In this document: positions 28,200 to 36,340 of the stretch, one piece after another
Numbering within the stretch: position 1 is the first letter of the stretch
How the letters are laid out: each line of letters opens with the position of its first letter
Origin: an uncultured virus (IMG/VR IMGVR_UViG_3300033067_002319)
Taxonomy: Duplodnaviria > Heunggongvirae > Uroviricota > Caudoviricetes
IMG/VR virus record: IMGVR_UViG_3300033067_002319
Length of the DNA stretch: 64,000 nt
Reading direction: 5' to 3' (one strand)
Translations under genes and position numbers: made by a program
Notes under the pieces: model-generated
The model's input: the letters and a program-made list of their open reading frames with translations, nothing else
Told to the model about the DNA's origin: nothing
The model's database searches: none

Positions 28200-28445
28200 C
28201 TACTTGAGCCCTCTCACCATCTTGATCACCTCCGCCAGCTGACGCGCCGCCGACAGCCCCTTCACAAAGAACGCCGCCCAGGCTTTGGGTGTGACTCGGG
28301 ACCGCTCAACGGCCTTGAGATCTTTCTCGTCGAGCAGCGCCAACTCCTTTCGAAGCTCCGTCAGCTCTTCTGCGTTCTCTTCGCCCTCGAACGCCGCGAT
28401 GGCTGCACCTTCGAGCGCGTCGAGAATCTTCTTCTTCATGGTCAT
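28200..28445 (-). CDS. hypothetical protein
   Basis: GAGGA RBS. Confidence 0.55.
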   Translation of the reverse strand: MTMKKKILDALEGAAIAAFEGEENAEELTELRKELALLDEKDLKAVERSRVTPKAWAAFFVKGLSAARQLAEVIKMVRGLK

Positions 28446-28484
28446 GTCTCTTCCTCGTGTTTACGGCGTTGGCGTGAGGCAGCC

Positions 28485-28874
28485 TTATGCAGCCGCACGC
28501 TTGCCTCGGATTGAGGAGAGACCCATCTGCTTGAGCAGCCGTCGCGTCGCCGCGCCGTCGAGGAAGTAGAGCGTGTCGCGTCGCGCTTCCCTGACCGAGG
28601 ACGGCCAGGAGAACCAGCGCAGACCTGCAAGCTCGTCATGCACGCGGAGGAAGGCGTCGGCAACGACCAGGAGGGCCCGTTGGCCCTTGGCGTCCATGTC
28701 GGCGGCGATGTCGATGGTGGTGTTGGCGTACAGAAGCGCTCGGCAGCGAGCCGCTGTGAGCCGGTCGAGACCGGGCATCGGAGGCCGACCCCTGCGCGCG
28801 CGGGTCATGCAGAGCTGGAGAAGCTCGGCGGGGGACTTCGCGGCCATGGAGGAGAGCTCGGAGACGGTCGTCAT
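28485..28874 (-). CDS. hypothetical protein
   Basis: GGAGGT RBS, ATGA coupling. Confidence 0.6.
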   Translation of the reverse strand: MTTVSELSSMAAKSPAELLQLCMTRARRGRPPMPGLDRLTAARCRALLYANTTIDIAADMDAKGQRALLVVADAFLRVHDELAGLRWFSWPSSVREARRDTLYFLDGAATRRLLKQMGLSSIRGKRAAA

Positions 28875-29290
28875 ACGGACACCTCCGGCCAGACGAGTTC
28901 AGGTTCCGTCCTGATCATTTTCCCGTTGAAGAAGTTCCAACGCCAGTGGTTGGCTTCATCGTCGTAAGCTTCCAAGTACGAGCCAGGACGGACGAAGGGT
29001 GCGATGGCGTCGAAGGCGACGTCGTGAAGGTTGTCGGTGTACTCGCCCTCGAAGTTCAGATCAATGACGTCACCCCCGTCGTCCGTGATCATCGTGAAGC
29101 CGGTAGCCTCCTCCATCACGTCCTTGAGTGTGGTCTCATTCAGTCCGTAGAAGGGTCGGCACTCATACCTGGGGTCCTTGCTCTCCTTTCGCAGGGTGTC
29201 GCGCAATACAACAAATGCTGCCGATACGACGCTCCTGTGAATGAAAAACTCCGCCTTCCTCAATGTCATTCCAGTTCCCATCCTTGACAC
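28871..29290 (-). CDS. hypothetical protein
   Basis: IAPFVRPGSYLE...WRW-F motif; start uncertain. Confidence 0.6.
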   Translation of the reverse strand: MSRMGTGMTLRKAEFFIHRSVVSAAFVVLRDTLRKESKDPRYECRPFYGLNETTLKDVMEEATGFTMITDDGGDVIDLNFEGEYTDNLHDVAFDAIAPFVRPGSYLEAYDDEANHWRWNFFNGKMIRTEPELVWPEVSV

Positions 29291-29306
29291 CTATTACCTT
29301 TCCTGC

Positions 29307-29711
29307 ATGAACACTCTGTTGGATTTTCTCGCATCACACCGCGAGCTCTTGCTCGTGCTTGTGCTCTACCCAATCACCTCCGCCCTACTCAACGTGTTCT
29401 TCCGCAAGCGCAACGCGGAGGAGTGGGAGGCCTGGGCGCTCTCGAAGCCGCTGCTCGCGTTCTTCATTGAATCGCTGCGCGCGAACGGCATCTACCCGTT
29501 CAAGCAGCTCCAGGTGTGGCAGCGCTACATGCAACGCCGGGCAGGGATTGTCCCGCCCGACGCGCTTCGCCTGGACAACCTGCCGGAGCCTTTGAAGAAC
29601 GTGCTCGCCGATCCGAAGATGCGGGAGGCCCTCGTCGAAGTGGCGCGGAAGTTCCTGAGCGTGCCGGAGACGGCTCCACCGCCGCCCAAGCTGCCGACCG
29701 ACCTGGCCTAA
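29307..29711 (+). CDS. membrane protein (holin candidate)
   Basis: N-terminal hydrophobic helix LLLVLVLYPITSALLNVFF followed by RKR. Confidence 0.5.
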   Translation: MNTLLDFLASHRELLLVLVLYPITSALLNVFFRKRNAEEWEAWALSKPLLAFFIESLRANGIYPFKQLQVWQRYMQRRAGIVPPDALRLDNLPEPLKNVLADPKMREALVEVARKFLSVPETAPPPPKLPTDLA

Positions 29712-31030
29712 TCGCGCTCGAACGCGGCCTTGGCCAGCTTCTCAATCACCTCTTCCGACATATCCTCCATCGCCCTCACGTGCTGCAACGACGCGTCGTA
29801 GCCGAAGTCGTGTGCGAACTCGTGGATCAGCACCATCACAAGCTTGCCGAACTTCGCCAACACGTGGCGGGCGACGTAGACCTCCTTGCCCCTGTGCAGG
29901 CCGTGTACGTGCTCGGAACCGAATGTGACGATCGTGACGCGCGTGTTGGCGTCGGGGATCCGCTCAGCGAGCAGCCCCAGCGCTTGGATGTAGTTGCCCT
30001 CTTCGCTGGCATCCAGATCCTGAAGCGTGAACCGCTCCGTGATCTGCTCGTGGAAGTTCTTCCGCGCCGCTTCCGGCGTCGCCAATTTCTTCCGAAGAAG
30101 TTCGGACATGCGCTGCGGCACCGCGACCGTCTTGATTCCGAGGTGGTCGAGGTTGGTACCCTCGGCGCTGGAGACGACCGGAATTGTCTCTTCGCCGTGG
30201 GTCTCTTTGAACGTCGCCACCAAGGCGTCCACCAACTCCGGCGGCGCCCTGTACGTGAACACGTCTTGCTCCGCCGCTTCGATCTCCAGCGCCCGGAACA
30301 AGCTCTTCTTGATGGTCGCGCCGCCGTTCTTCACGACCTCATCCCAGATAGCGGCAATGGCGGCGTCGAGATCCCAAGAGCTGGGGATGCTGCGATCCCG
30401 CCCGGTGTCGACACGGAGCAAGTCGTACCCGAAGGCGTAGTTCGGTCGCGTGGTTACGTAGACGCCGCGTACGTAGAGTTTGCCGACGAAGTCCGGGTCG
30501 TCGATCAGAGCACCGTACTGAGTGGGGAACGTCTTTTGTGGCGGCTCCAGCTTGAGGAACATGGAGCGGATGCGCGCCCACCCCTCAGAGTCGATTCCGT
30601 GCATGTACACCGTGAAGTCGTTGTCCTTTCGGGTCGCCTTCGAGATGTTCATCACGAAGCAGTTCAGGCCGTGCCGGTCCATTTCGAGCGAGGGCTTCCA
30701 GGTCTCGTCCGAGCCGTTGTGGACCACGATCTCGCACTGCGTCCGCGCGAAGACCAGCAGCGCCAGCTTCAGGCCCTCGCCGTACTGTCCGATCTGCCGT
30801 GCGTCGCCGCGCTTGCTCGACTCGCCGAAGTAGAGTATGGACGTCGGCAACCCCCCGGTGCCCTTGTTGCGAACGGTCAGGATGTTCTTCTTGTTGTCGT
30901 GCGTGACCGTCAACGCAGCTCCGAGCACCTTCTCGGCGTCGATGCCGTTGGCGATCACTTCTCGGATCGCGTGCTGGGACTTCCAGTCGGGTACGTAGTT
31001 CTCGGTGATGGGATATGTGATCTTCGACAT
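29708..31030 (-). CDS. GHKL-type ATPase with C-terminal HExxH motif
   Basis: AIREVIANGID, SSKRGD--IGQYGEGLK, LIHEFAH. Confidence 0.8.
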   Translation of the reverse strand: MSKITYPITENYVPDWKSQHAIREVIANGIDAEKVLGAALTVTHDNKKNILTVRNKGTGGLPTSILYFGESSKRGDARQIGQYGEGLKLALLVFARTQCEIVVHNGSDETWKPSLEMDRHGLNCFVMNISKATRKDNDFTVYMHGIDSEGWARIRSMFLKLEPPQKTFPTQYGALIDDPDFVGKLYVRGVYVTTRPNYAFGYDLLRVDTGRDRSIPSSWDLDAAIAAIWDEVVKNGGATIKKSLFRALEIEAAEQDVFTYRAPPELVDALVATFKETHGEETIPVVSSAEGTNLDHLGIKTVAVPQRMSELLRKKLATPEAARKNFHEQITERFTLQDLDASEEGNYIQALGLLAERIPDANTRVTIVTFGSEHVHGLHRGKEVYVARHVLAKFGKLVMVLIHEFAHDFGYDASLQHVRAMEDMSEEVIEKLAKAAFERD

Positions 31031-31072
31031 ACGTACAACTCCTTGTGAGGGCGACAGAAGCCCTAACGAGAA

Positions 31073-31100
31073 CTTGTACCAGAACGTACGCAGTATTTAC
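31073..31100 (-). promoter_or_regulatory. bipartite promoter-like motif GTAAA-N13-CTGGTACAAG
   Basis: Both boxes identical to 7931-7958. Confidence 0.55.
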
Positions 31101-31459
31101 GGCGTAGATGGTGGACGAAGCGGCGGTGGAACAGGACCGAAAGCAGCGTAGATCTGCTGTCCTTTTTCAACGACGAAGGAGGGTACAACCGACCCCTTTC
31201 CATCGAAGAACTGATGGAACGTTGTCAACACTTCTTGATCAAGGGTTTGACCGACCGGATGTCGAAGCCGCAGCACCAACGACAGGTCTGACACGTCGTC
31301 CCGCACGGGCAGGATCTGCGCGTACGCTTCGAGCCCGACTTTGAGCGGCGAAAACACAGGCAACGCGTGGAACACTTCGCCCCGTTCGGCGGCCTTCTCC
31401 GCCAGCCCCAAGATCAAGCGCGCCCGCTCGATCAAGTAGATCTTCTCAGCGTGTTCCAT
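31097..31459 (-). CDS. hypothetical protein
   Basis: GAGGA RBS. Confidence 0.55.
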   Translation of the reverse strand: MEHAEKIYLIERARLILGLAEKAAERGEVFHALPVFSPLKVGLEAYAQILPVRDDVSDLSLVLRLRHPVGQTLDQEVLTTFHQFFDGKGSVVPSFVVEKGQQIYAAFGPVPPPLRPPSTP

Positions 31460-31865
31460 TCGGCTTCCTCGGCGACGGAACCATCGCGCGGGCGGCCTCG
31501 TAGTGCTTGAACGCTCGCTCGCGCGCGGCGTCGCGTTCCTGCGGTGTGAGCGGGACATCCTCGGCGTTGAACACGTTGAGCGCGTAGAGCTCCGCCGCGA
31601 ACATCGCGGCGCCGGGAGTGAGCCTGAACTCCTCGATCAGCAACTGAAAAAACTTGGTGAGCTTTTCCGCCACGATCTTCGCTGCTTCGATGTTGTCCGT
31701 CTTGGGTGCGGGCGCCTGCTTGAAGCCGAAGGGGTCCTCGGGGTCGCGTACGTCAGAGCGTTCGGTACGCTCAGCAACGCCCTGGGGGATCTTCTCGTAA
31801 AGCGCGGCGAGCTCGTCGGCCGTCTTATTTTGGCCAGGTACGTAGAGCAAAGGGGTCTTGGACAT
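31446..31865 (-). CDS. hypothetical protein
   Basis: Operonic ORF. Confidence 0.65.
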   Translation of the reverse strand: MSKTPLLYVPGQNKTADELAALYEKIPQGVAERTERSDVRDPEDPFGFKQAPAPKTDNIEAAKIVAEKLTKFFQLLIEEFRLTPGAAMFAAELYALNVFNAEDVPLTPQERDAARERAFKHYEAARAMVPSPRKPNGTR

Positions 31866-31870
31866 TCAGC

Positions 31871-32116
31871 TCACGCCTTCTGGATGAAGTTCAAGCAGTT
31901 CAGCTTGACCTTGTTGCCGGCGACGATGTACGGCTCCGCGCGCTCGCCTTCGGCGACTCGCACCACATCAGCCGGAACCACCATTCCGTCGGGATCGGTG
32001 TGGGGGTACTTCGACATCTTTTTGCACCAACCCAACCACGCATCGCGGGGGCCGCTGGGGCTGTGCTTCTTTTGGCCGTCGTAGTGGTCGCACTGATTGC
32101 AGGGTTTGTTTGCCAT
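31871..32116 (-). CDS. small Cys-containing protein
   Basis: CNQCDHY...GWC...NC; TAAGCT-N6-ATG. Confidence 0.6.
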   Translation of the reverse strand: MANKPCNQCDHYDGQKKHSPSGPRDAWLGWCKKMSKYPHTDPDGMVVPADVVRVAEGERAEPYIVAGNKVKLNCLNFIQKA

Positions 32117-32153
32117 GTGGGTAGCTTACATCATCTCACTACGCGATTGTAAT

Positions 32154-32630
32154 TCAGGCCATCCTAACGACTTCCAAGTAGTGCTCTGCCAACAACGCAT
32201 CAAACCCCGACAACGTTCGTTTCGCGTACGTGAGCACGTTCGCGAGCCGATCGAGCGCCATGGCGGACGCCAACGCATGATCCGAAGAGCTCGCGGTTGC
32301 GAAGATCGCCCGCGTTCCGAGTGTCACCGTGACGCGCGGGGCGGGAACTTGCGTTTCGGCGAAGCCGAGTTTCTGTTCGTTCAGGAGCTTGATGAACGTC
32401 TTGTGCTCTTTTTCGACGCGCAAAAAAAACTCACTCATCACATGATTGCCGGCCTGGATGACGTCGTTGGCGTCTTTCAAACGCACGGGCAGCGTGAGGA
32501 TGAGCGCGTAGCTGCGTCCTCGAAAAGAGATCGGCTGCTTGCCCGGACGAGCCTTGGCTGCAATCGCTTCCGCGAACGTGAACTCTTCCTTGGGGCGAGG
32601 CTTCCAGGGGCTGTAAATGCCATTAGCCAT
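32154..32630 (-). CDS. hypothetical protein
   Basis: Operonic ORF. Confidence 0.55.
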   Translation of the reverse strand: MANGIYSPWKPRPKEEFTFAEAIAAKARPGKQPISFRGRSYALILTLPVRLKDANDVIQAGNHVMSEFFLRVEKEHKTFIKLLNEQKLGFAETQVPAPRVTVTLGTRAIFATASSSDHALASAMALDRLANVLTYAKRTLSGFDALLAEHYLEVVRMA

Positions 32631-33096
32631 TGATGATCAAGCTCCGGCCTTCGCCTGTGCACTTGGGGTCCGAGCAGTTGAGGTGGGCTGTCTCGTGTCC
32701 GGTGGTACAGCGAAGCCCCGGCGCGTTCGTGAGAGGGTCCTTGTCGATCCCCTCGGCGCGCAGGACCATCAAGATCCTGTGTCCTCGGGACAAAAGACCG
32801 GCACACGCCAGGCATTGGTAATCAGGAGAGAGCTCGTCGACGGGCATGATCAGCTCGGGTTTGAGTTGGGAGCGGGCGATCCACTTCTTTTGCGGCAACC
32901 GCAAGCCCGGTCGCGCACATTTCAGGTGGGCGTATTCGGGCCGCTCGTTGACGAACACAGTCTTGGCCTGCCCAGCGCCCGGACCGACGCCCGCTACCGT
33001 GAACACTTCAACCAAGGCGTCGCCTGGGTTGAAGAGCTTTCGGCAGCCCACACAGATGGTGGAAGGGAGTCGGTCCGGGACGTCGAGGAAGCTCAT
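32623..33096 (-). CDS. tandem CxxC...HxxC zinc-finger protein
   Basis: CVGC...HLKC and CLAC...HLNC. Confidence 0.6.
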   Translation of the reverse strand: MSFLDVPDRLPSTICVGCRKLFNPGDALVEVFTVAGVGPGAGQAKTVFVNERPEYAHLKCARPGLRLPQKKWIARSQLKPELIMPVDELSPDYQCLACAGLLSRGHRILMVLRAEGIDKDPLTNAPGLRCTTGHETAHLNCSDPKCTGEGRSLIING

Positions 33097-33109
33097 TACC
33101 TGCCAGAGA

Positions 33110-35137
33110 CTACGTGGCTTCCGCCACGCTGGCCAGCTTCTCAAGGAACTTGAGAATCTTGGCCTTGTCCGGGTAGACCGGCATCGGCAGCGCCGCGCGG
33201 ATCTTCGCGCCGTACGCCTTCCCGCCGACCGTGGCTGCCCTGCGATCGAGAAGGGCGACCACGCCCATGTCCGTCTCGGACCGGATCAGCCGCCCGACAC
33301 CTTGCTTGAGCTCCATCATGGCTTCTTGGAAGTCGAATGAGTCCCACGCCATCATGCTGGCGCGGCTCTCTTCAACTCCCTGCTCCATGTGCGCATCGAT
33401 CACACGTTGCTTGCGTGCACGGAGAACAGGGTCCCCGAAGTTCGGGAAGGGCAAGCGCGGGATGATCACGAGCCGCAGGCCGAGACCTTGGATGTCGACG
33501 CCAGCCCAGAAGGTCTTTACGCCGAAAAGAACCGCCCGAGGGGTCTTTTTGAACCAGTCGAGCAAAGCTTCCGGTGCACCGCTCTGTTGCGCGACCCGGT
33601 ACGGCAGCGGATGGTGGTTCGCGCGCACCGCTTCGTAGAGCTTCGTCATGTCCACGTAGGACGCGCACAACACGAACGCCCCGCCCTTGCTGGCGGCGAG
33701 AAGCTCGTGGATCTCAGCGGCCATCTTGTCGTAGTACACGTCCGACTTGTCAGTCGGAGGCGGTGATGTGTTCGAGATGTACGCCGCCGACTTCGCCGCG
33801 AAGTTGAAGGGAGACGTGAGCGTGACCTGTGTCTGGATCTGGCTGTGGTGCAGCCCGAACTCACGCGCCATGTACGCCATGCCCGCCGGGGTCGCCAGCG
33901 TCGCGCTCGTCACCACCACGCGACCGATGTGGAGAAGGCTCGGTGCCACGAGCGGTCCAACTTCCACAGGGGTTACGACGATCTCTGGGAGTTCGCGTCC
34001 TCGCCTCTCGACGTACGCGATGTACTCGGTTGGGCGCCCGAGGACTTCCCCCTCCTCGTCGTAGTTGATGTGCTTGCCGAGCAGGATCTCCACGGCTTTG
34101 TGGCCCTTGTCGACGACGATGGCCCCGCTCTTCAGCTTGGCGTGTTGTCGAGCGGCATCAGACGCTCCTGTGGGTACTCCGTCTTCATCATCATCGAGAA
34201 GACCCTTGTTCTTCAACCGCGCGTGGACGAAGTCGAGCTCGACGTACAAGTCCGTGAACATATCTCGCAAGCGAGATGTGACATTCAACGCCCCGCCCTC
34301 CGCCGGCAGCTCTTTGAAGATCGCTTCGTAGATCTTGCCGAGCACGTCGTGGGCCTCGAACTCCGTGCCTTCGAACACGCGTTGGATCGTGTCTGGCTGC
34401 CGGTGGTTGAGCCGCAACGAGAACGCCTCGCGGAAGTAGCGAGGAGCCTCGTGTGCTTCGTCGATCACCAGGCCGTTGTAGTCGCCCAGGACCTTGCCGC
34501 CACCCACGGAGAGGTCGTACGCCAGCAATGCGTGGTTTACGACCACGATCTCGGCGGCCTTGGCAGCCTCCTTGGACTTGACGTACCCGCACGAATCCAG
34601 GTGCGGGCACACCTTCCGGACGCACTCGGCGACGCGGATCTGAGGTTCGAGGATGAAGGGTCTCGGCAGCGTCGAGAGGTCACCTGTCGTGGTGCGAGCC
34701 AGCCAATCTTCGAGCATCGCCACGTCTTCATCGTTTACGGCGTTGAACTGCCCTGCCGCTTGCTGCTCCATCACGCGCAGCTTGCAGCAGTAGTTGTTCT
34801 TCCCCTTGAGTTGGGCGTACTTGACCGCCTTGATCTTGCTCGTGAGAAAGGGCAAGTCCTTCTCGACGAACTGAGTCTGCAACGCCTTCTTGCCTGTCGA
34901 GATGACGATGCGCTTGCCCGACAGAATCGACGGGATCAAGTGCGCGTAGGACTTGCCGACGCCTGTCGGCGCTTCGATGAAGGCGATCGAGGGCTCTTCC
35001 CCCATGAAGACCTTCTCGATGATGTTGGTCATCGCGACCTGCGAAGACCGGACCGAGCGTGCGACGCCGGCCTCTGTGTTATCGAGCCAATCCTTTGCGG
35101 CCATCCAGGGCCTCCTTGTGTCAAATGGGGGGAGCAT
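33110..35137 (-). CDS. DinG/YoaA-family helicase
   Basis: EAPTGVGKS, KGKNNYCC, VVNHALL, DEAH, SATL, FWAGVD, QGVGRLIR. Confidence 0.95.
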   Translation of the reverse strand: MLPPFDTRRPWMAAKDWLDNTEAGVARSVRSSQVAMTNIIEKVFMGEEPSIAFIEAPTGVGKSYAHLIPSILSGKRIVISTGKKALQTQFVEKDLPFLTSKIKAVKYAQLKGKNNYCCKLRVMEQQAAGQFNAVNDEDVAMLEDWLARTTTGDLSTLPRPFILEPQIRVAECVRKVCPHLDSCGYVKSKEAAKAAEIVVVNHALLAYDLSVGGGKVLGDYNGLVIDEAHEAPRYFREAFSLRLNHRQPDTIQRVFEGTEFEAHDVLGKIYEAIFKELPAEGGALNVTSRLRDMFTDLYVELDFVHARLKNKGLLDDDEDGVPTGASDAARQHAKLKSGAIVVDKGHKAVEILLGKHINYDEEGEVLGRPTEYIAYVERRGRELPEIVVTPVEVGPLVAPSLLHIGRVVVTSATLATPAGMAYMAREFGLHHSQIQTQVTLTSPFNFAAKSAAYISNTSPPPTDKSDVYYDKMAAEIHELLAASKGGAFVLCASYVDMTKLYEAVRANHHPLPYRVAQQSGAPEALLDWFKKTPRAVLFGVKTFWAGVDIQGLGLRLVIIPRLPFPNFGDPVLRARKQRVIDAHMEQGVEESRASMMAWDSFDFQEAMMELKQGVGRLIRSETDMGVVALLDRRAATVGGKAYGAKIRAALPMPVYPDKAKILKFLEKLASVAEAT

Positions 35138-35193
35138 ATAAGCTCCCCGAATTGCGTGACCCGTCTTTTACCTGAAAAGGGAATGGAGTTCTA

Positions 35194-35904
35194 GTGATGT
35201 CCGACACGCCGATTTCTCGCCCCGGTCAGTACGGCACTGCTGCTGCCGCCGACGCCCCGCCCACCGGTCCGGCGGGGGCTCCGCCTGCTCCTCCGCTTCC
35301 GCCGGTCAAGCTCCTCGATCCCAACGACCCCGTCGACGCCCTCGCCAAGCAGATCCTCGGCGACGTGCCGCTGCCCGACGACGAAACGAAGCTGCGCACC
35401 ATGCTCGCCGAGGCGCGCAAGAAAGCGGTCGAGTGGCGCAGCCTCACACCCGCCGAGCGCTGGCTCCGCAACATCGAGAAGGCCAAGCTCGACGAGGCCG
35501 AGGCCGTGCGCATCCAGACCGAGTGCCTCGGCCAGGGCTACTGGGAGAAGGATTACGACTGCTTCAATGGTCGATTGAAGATTCGCCTTCGCAGCCGTGA
35601 TTACGACGCCGGGCGCCTCGTGACTGAAGCCTTCGACACCAGCAACACCGGCGACCTTCGCATCCTGGAAGACACCAAGATGCGCGTGTTCCTGGCGTAC
35701 TCCCTCGTCGAGTACAACGGCAAGAAGCTGGACGTCGCCAGCTGGGACGAGGACCCGACCAAGCACCGCGAGGCGTACCAGAAGCGTCTGCGGTTCTGCG
35801 CACGGCTCGCCGATGGTGTGATTCCACACCTCATGAACGCGCTGCGCGACTTCGACGCCAAGACGTACGCCGCGATGTCGGAAGGGGCCGAGTCTGGTTT
35901 TTGA
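35194..35904 (+). CDS. putative tail assembly chaperone
   Basis: First of two ORFs before tape-measure-like gene; ends GGT TTT TGA. Confidence 0.5.
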   Translation: MMSDTPISRPGQYGTAAAADAPPTGPAGAPPAPPLPPVKLLDPNDPVDALAKQILGDVPLPDDETKLRTMLAEARKKAVEWRSLTPAERWLRNIEKAKLDEAEAVRIQTECLGQGYWEKDYDCFNGRLKIRLRSRDYDAGRLVTEAFDTSNTGDLRILEDTKMRVFLAYSLVEYNGKKLDVASWDEDPTKHREAYQKRLRFCARLADGVIPHLMNALRDFDAKTYAAMSEGAESGF

Positions 35905-36323
35905 TCCGCCCGTCGGGAATCATCCGTGCGAAGGCGGTCAGTCACGGCGTCCGTCTTCCGCCGGCGGGCTCGTTCAAGGAAGCCGTCATGAGGGAGACGC
36001 TCAGCCGCGAGCAGAACCTCCAGATGTCGGAGGTGACGTTGATGGTCAAGCTCCAACAGAGGCAGATGGTGCTCCTGTCCGAGCTGATCTGTATGTTTGG
36101 AGAGACTCCCGAGGTGAAGTTCCGTGAGCGCATCCACAAGATCGACGCGTGGATCGAAGACTTGTTGAAGGTCTACGAAGCGGAGCTCTACCAAGATCGC
36201 TACACGCCCGCGTACGATCGTTCACGTAGGCAGGAGCAACGCGAAGCCGAGAAGCAAGCTCTTGACCGCGTAGACTCTGAAGCGCGCGCGGCGGAGAAAG
36301 TCGCTCGGTTCTCCGACGGGTAG
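35901..36323 (+). CDS. putative chaperone extension (-1 frame ORF)
   Basis: In -1 frame relative to upstream ORF, begins in the T5 run. Confidence 0.5.
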   Translation: MIRPSGIIRAKAVSHGVRLPPAGSFKEAVMRETLSREQNLQMSEVTLMVKLQQRQMVLLSELICMFGETPEVKFRERIHKIDAWIEDLLKVYEAELYQDRYTPAYDRSRRQEQREAEKQALDRVDSEARAAEKVARFSDG

Positions 36324-36340
36324 GCTGTATCCTACGGGCT

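Noticed and set aside
32422..32429. A8 homopolymer as phase-variation site
   Set aside because: ORF is intact and there is no supporting alternative-frame ORF
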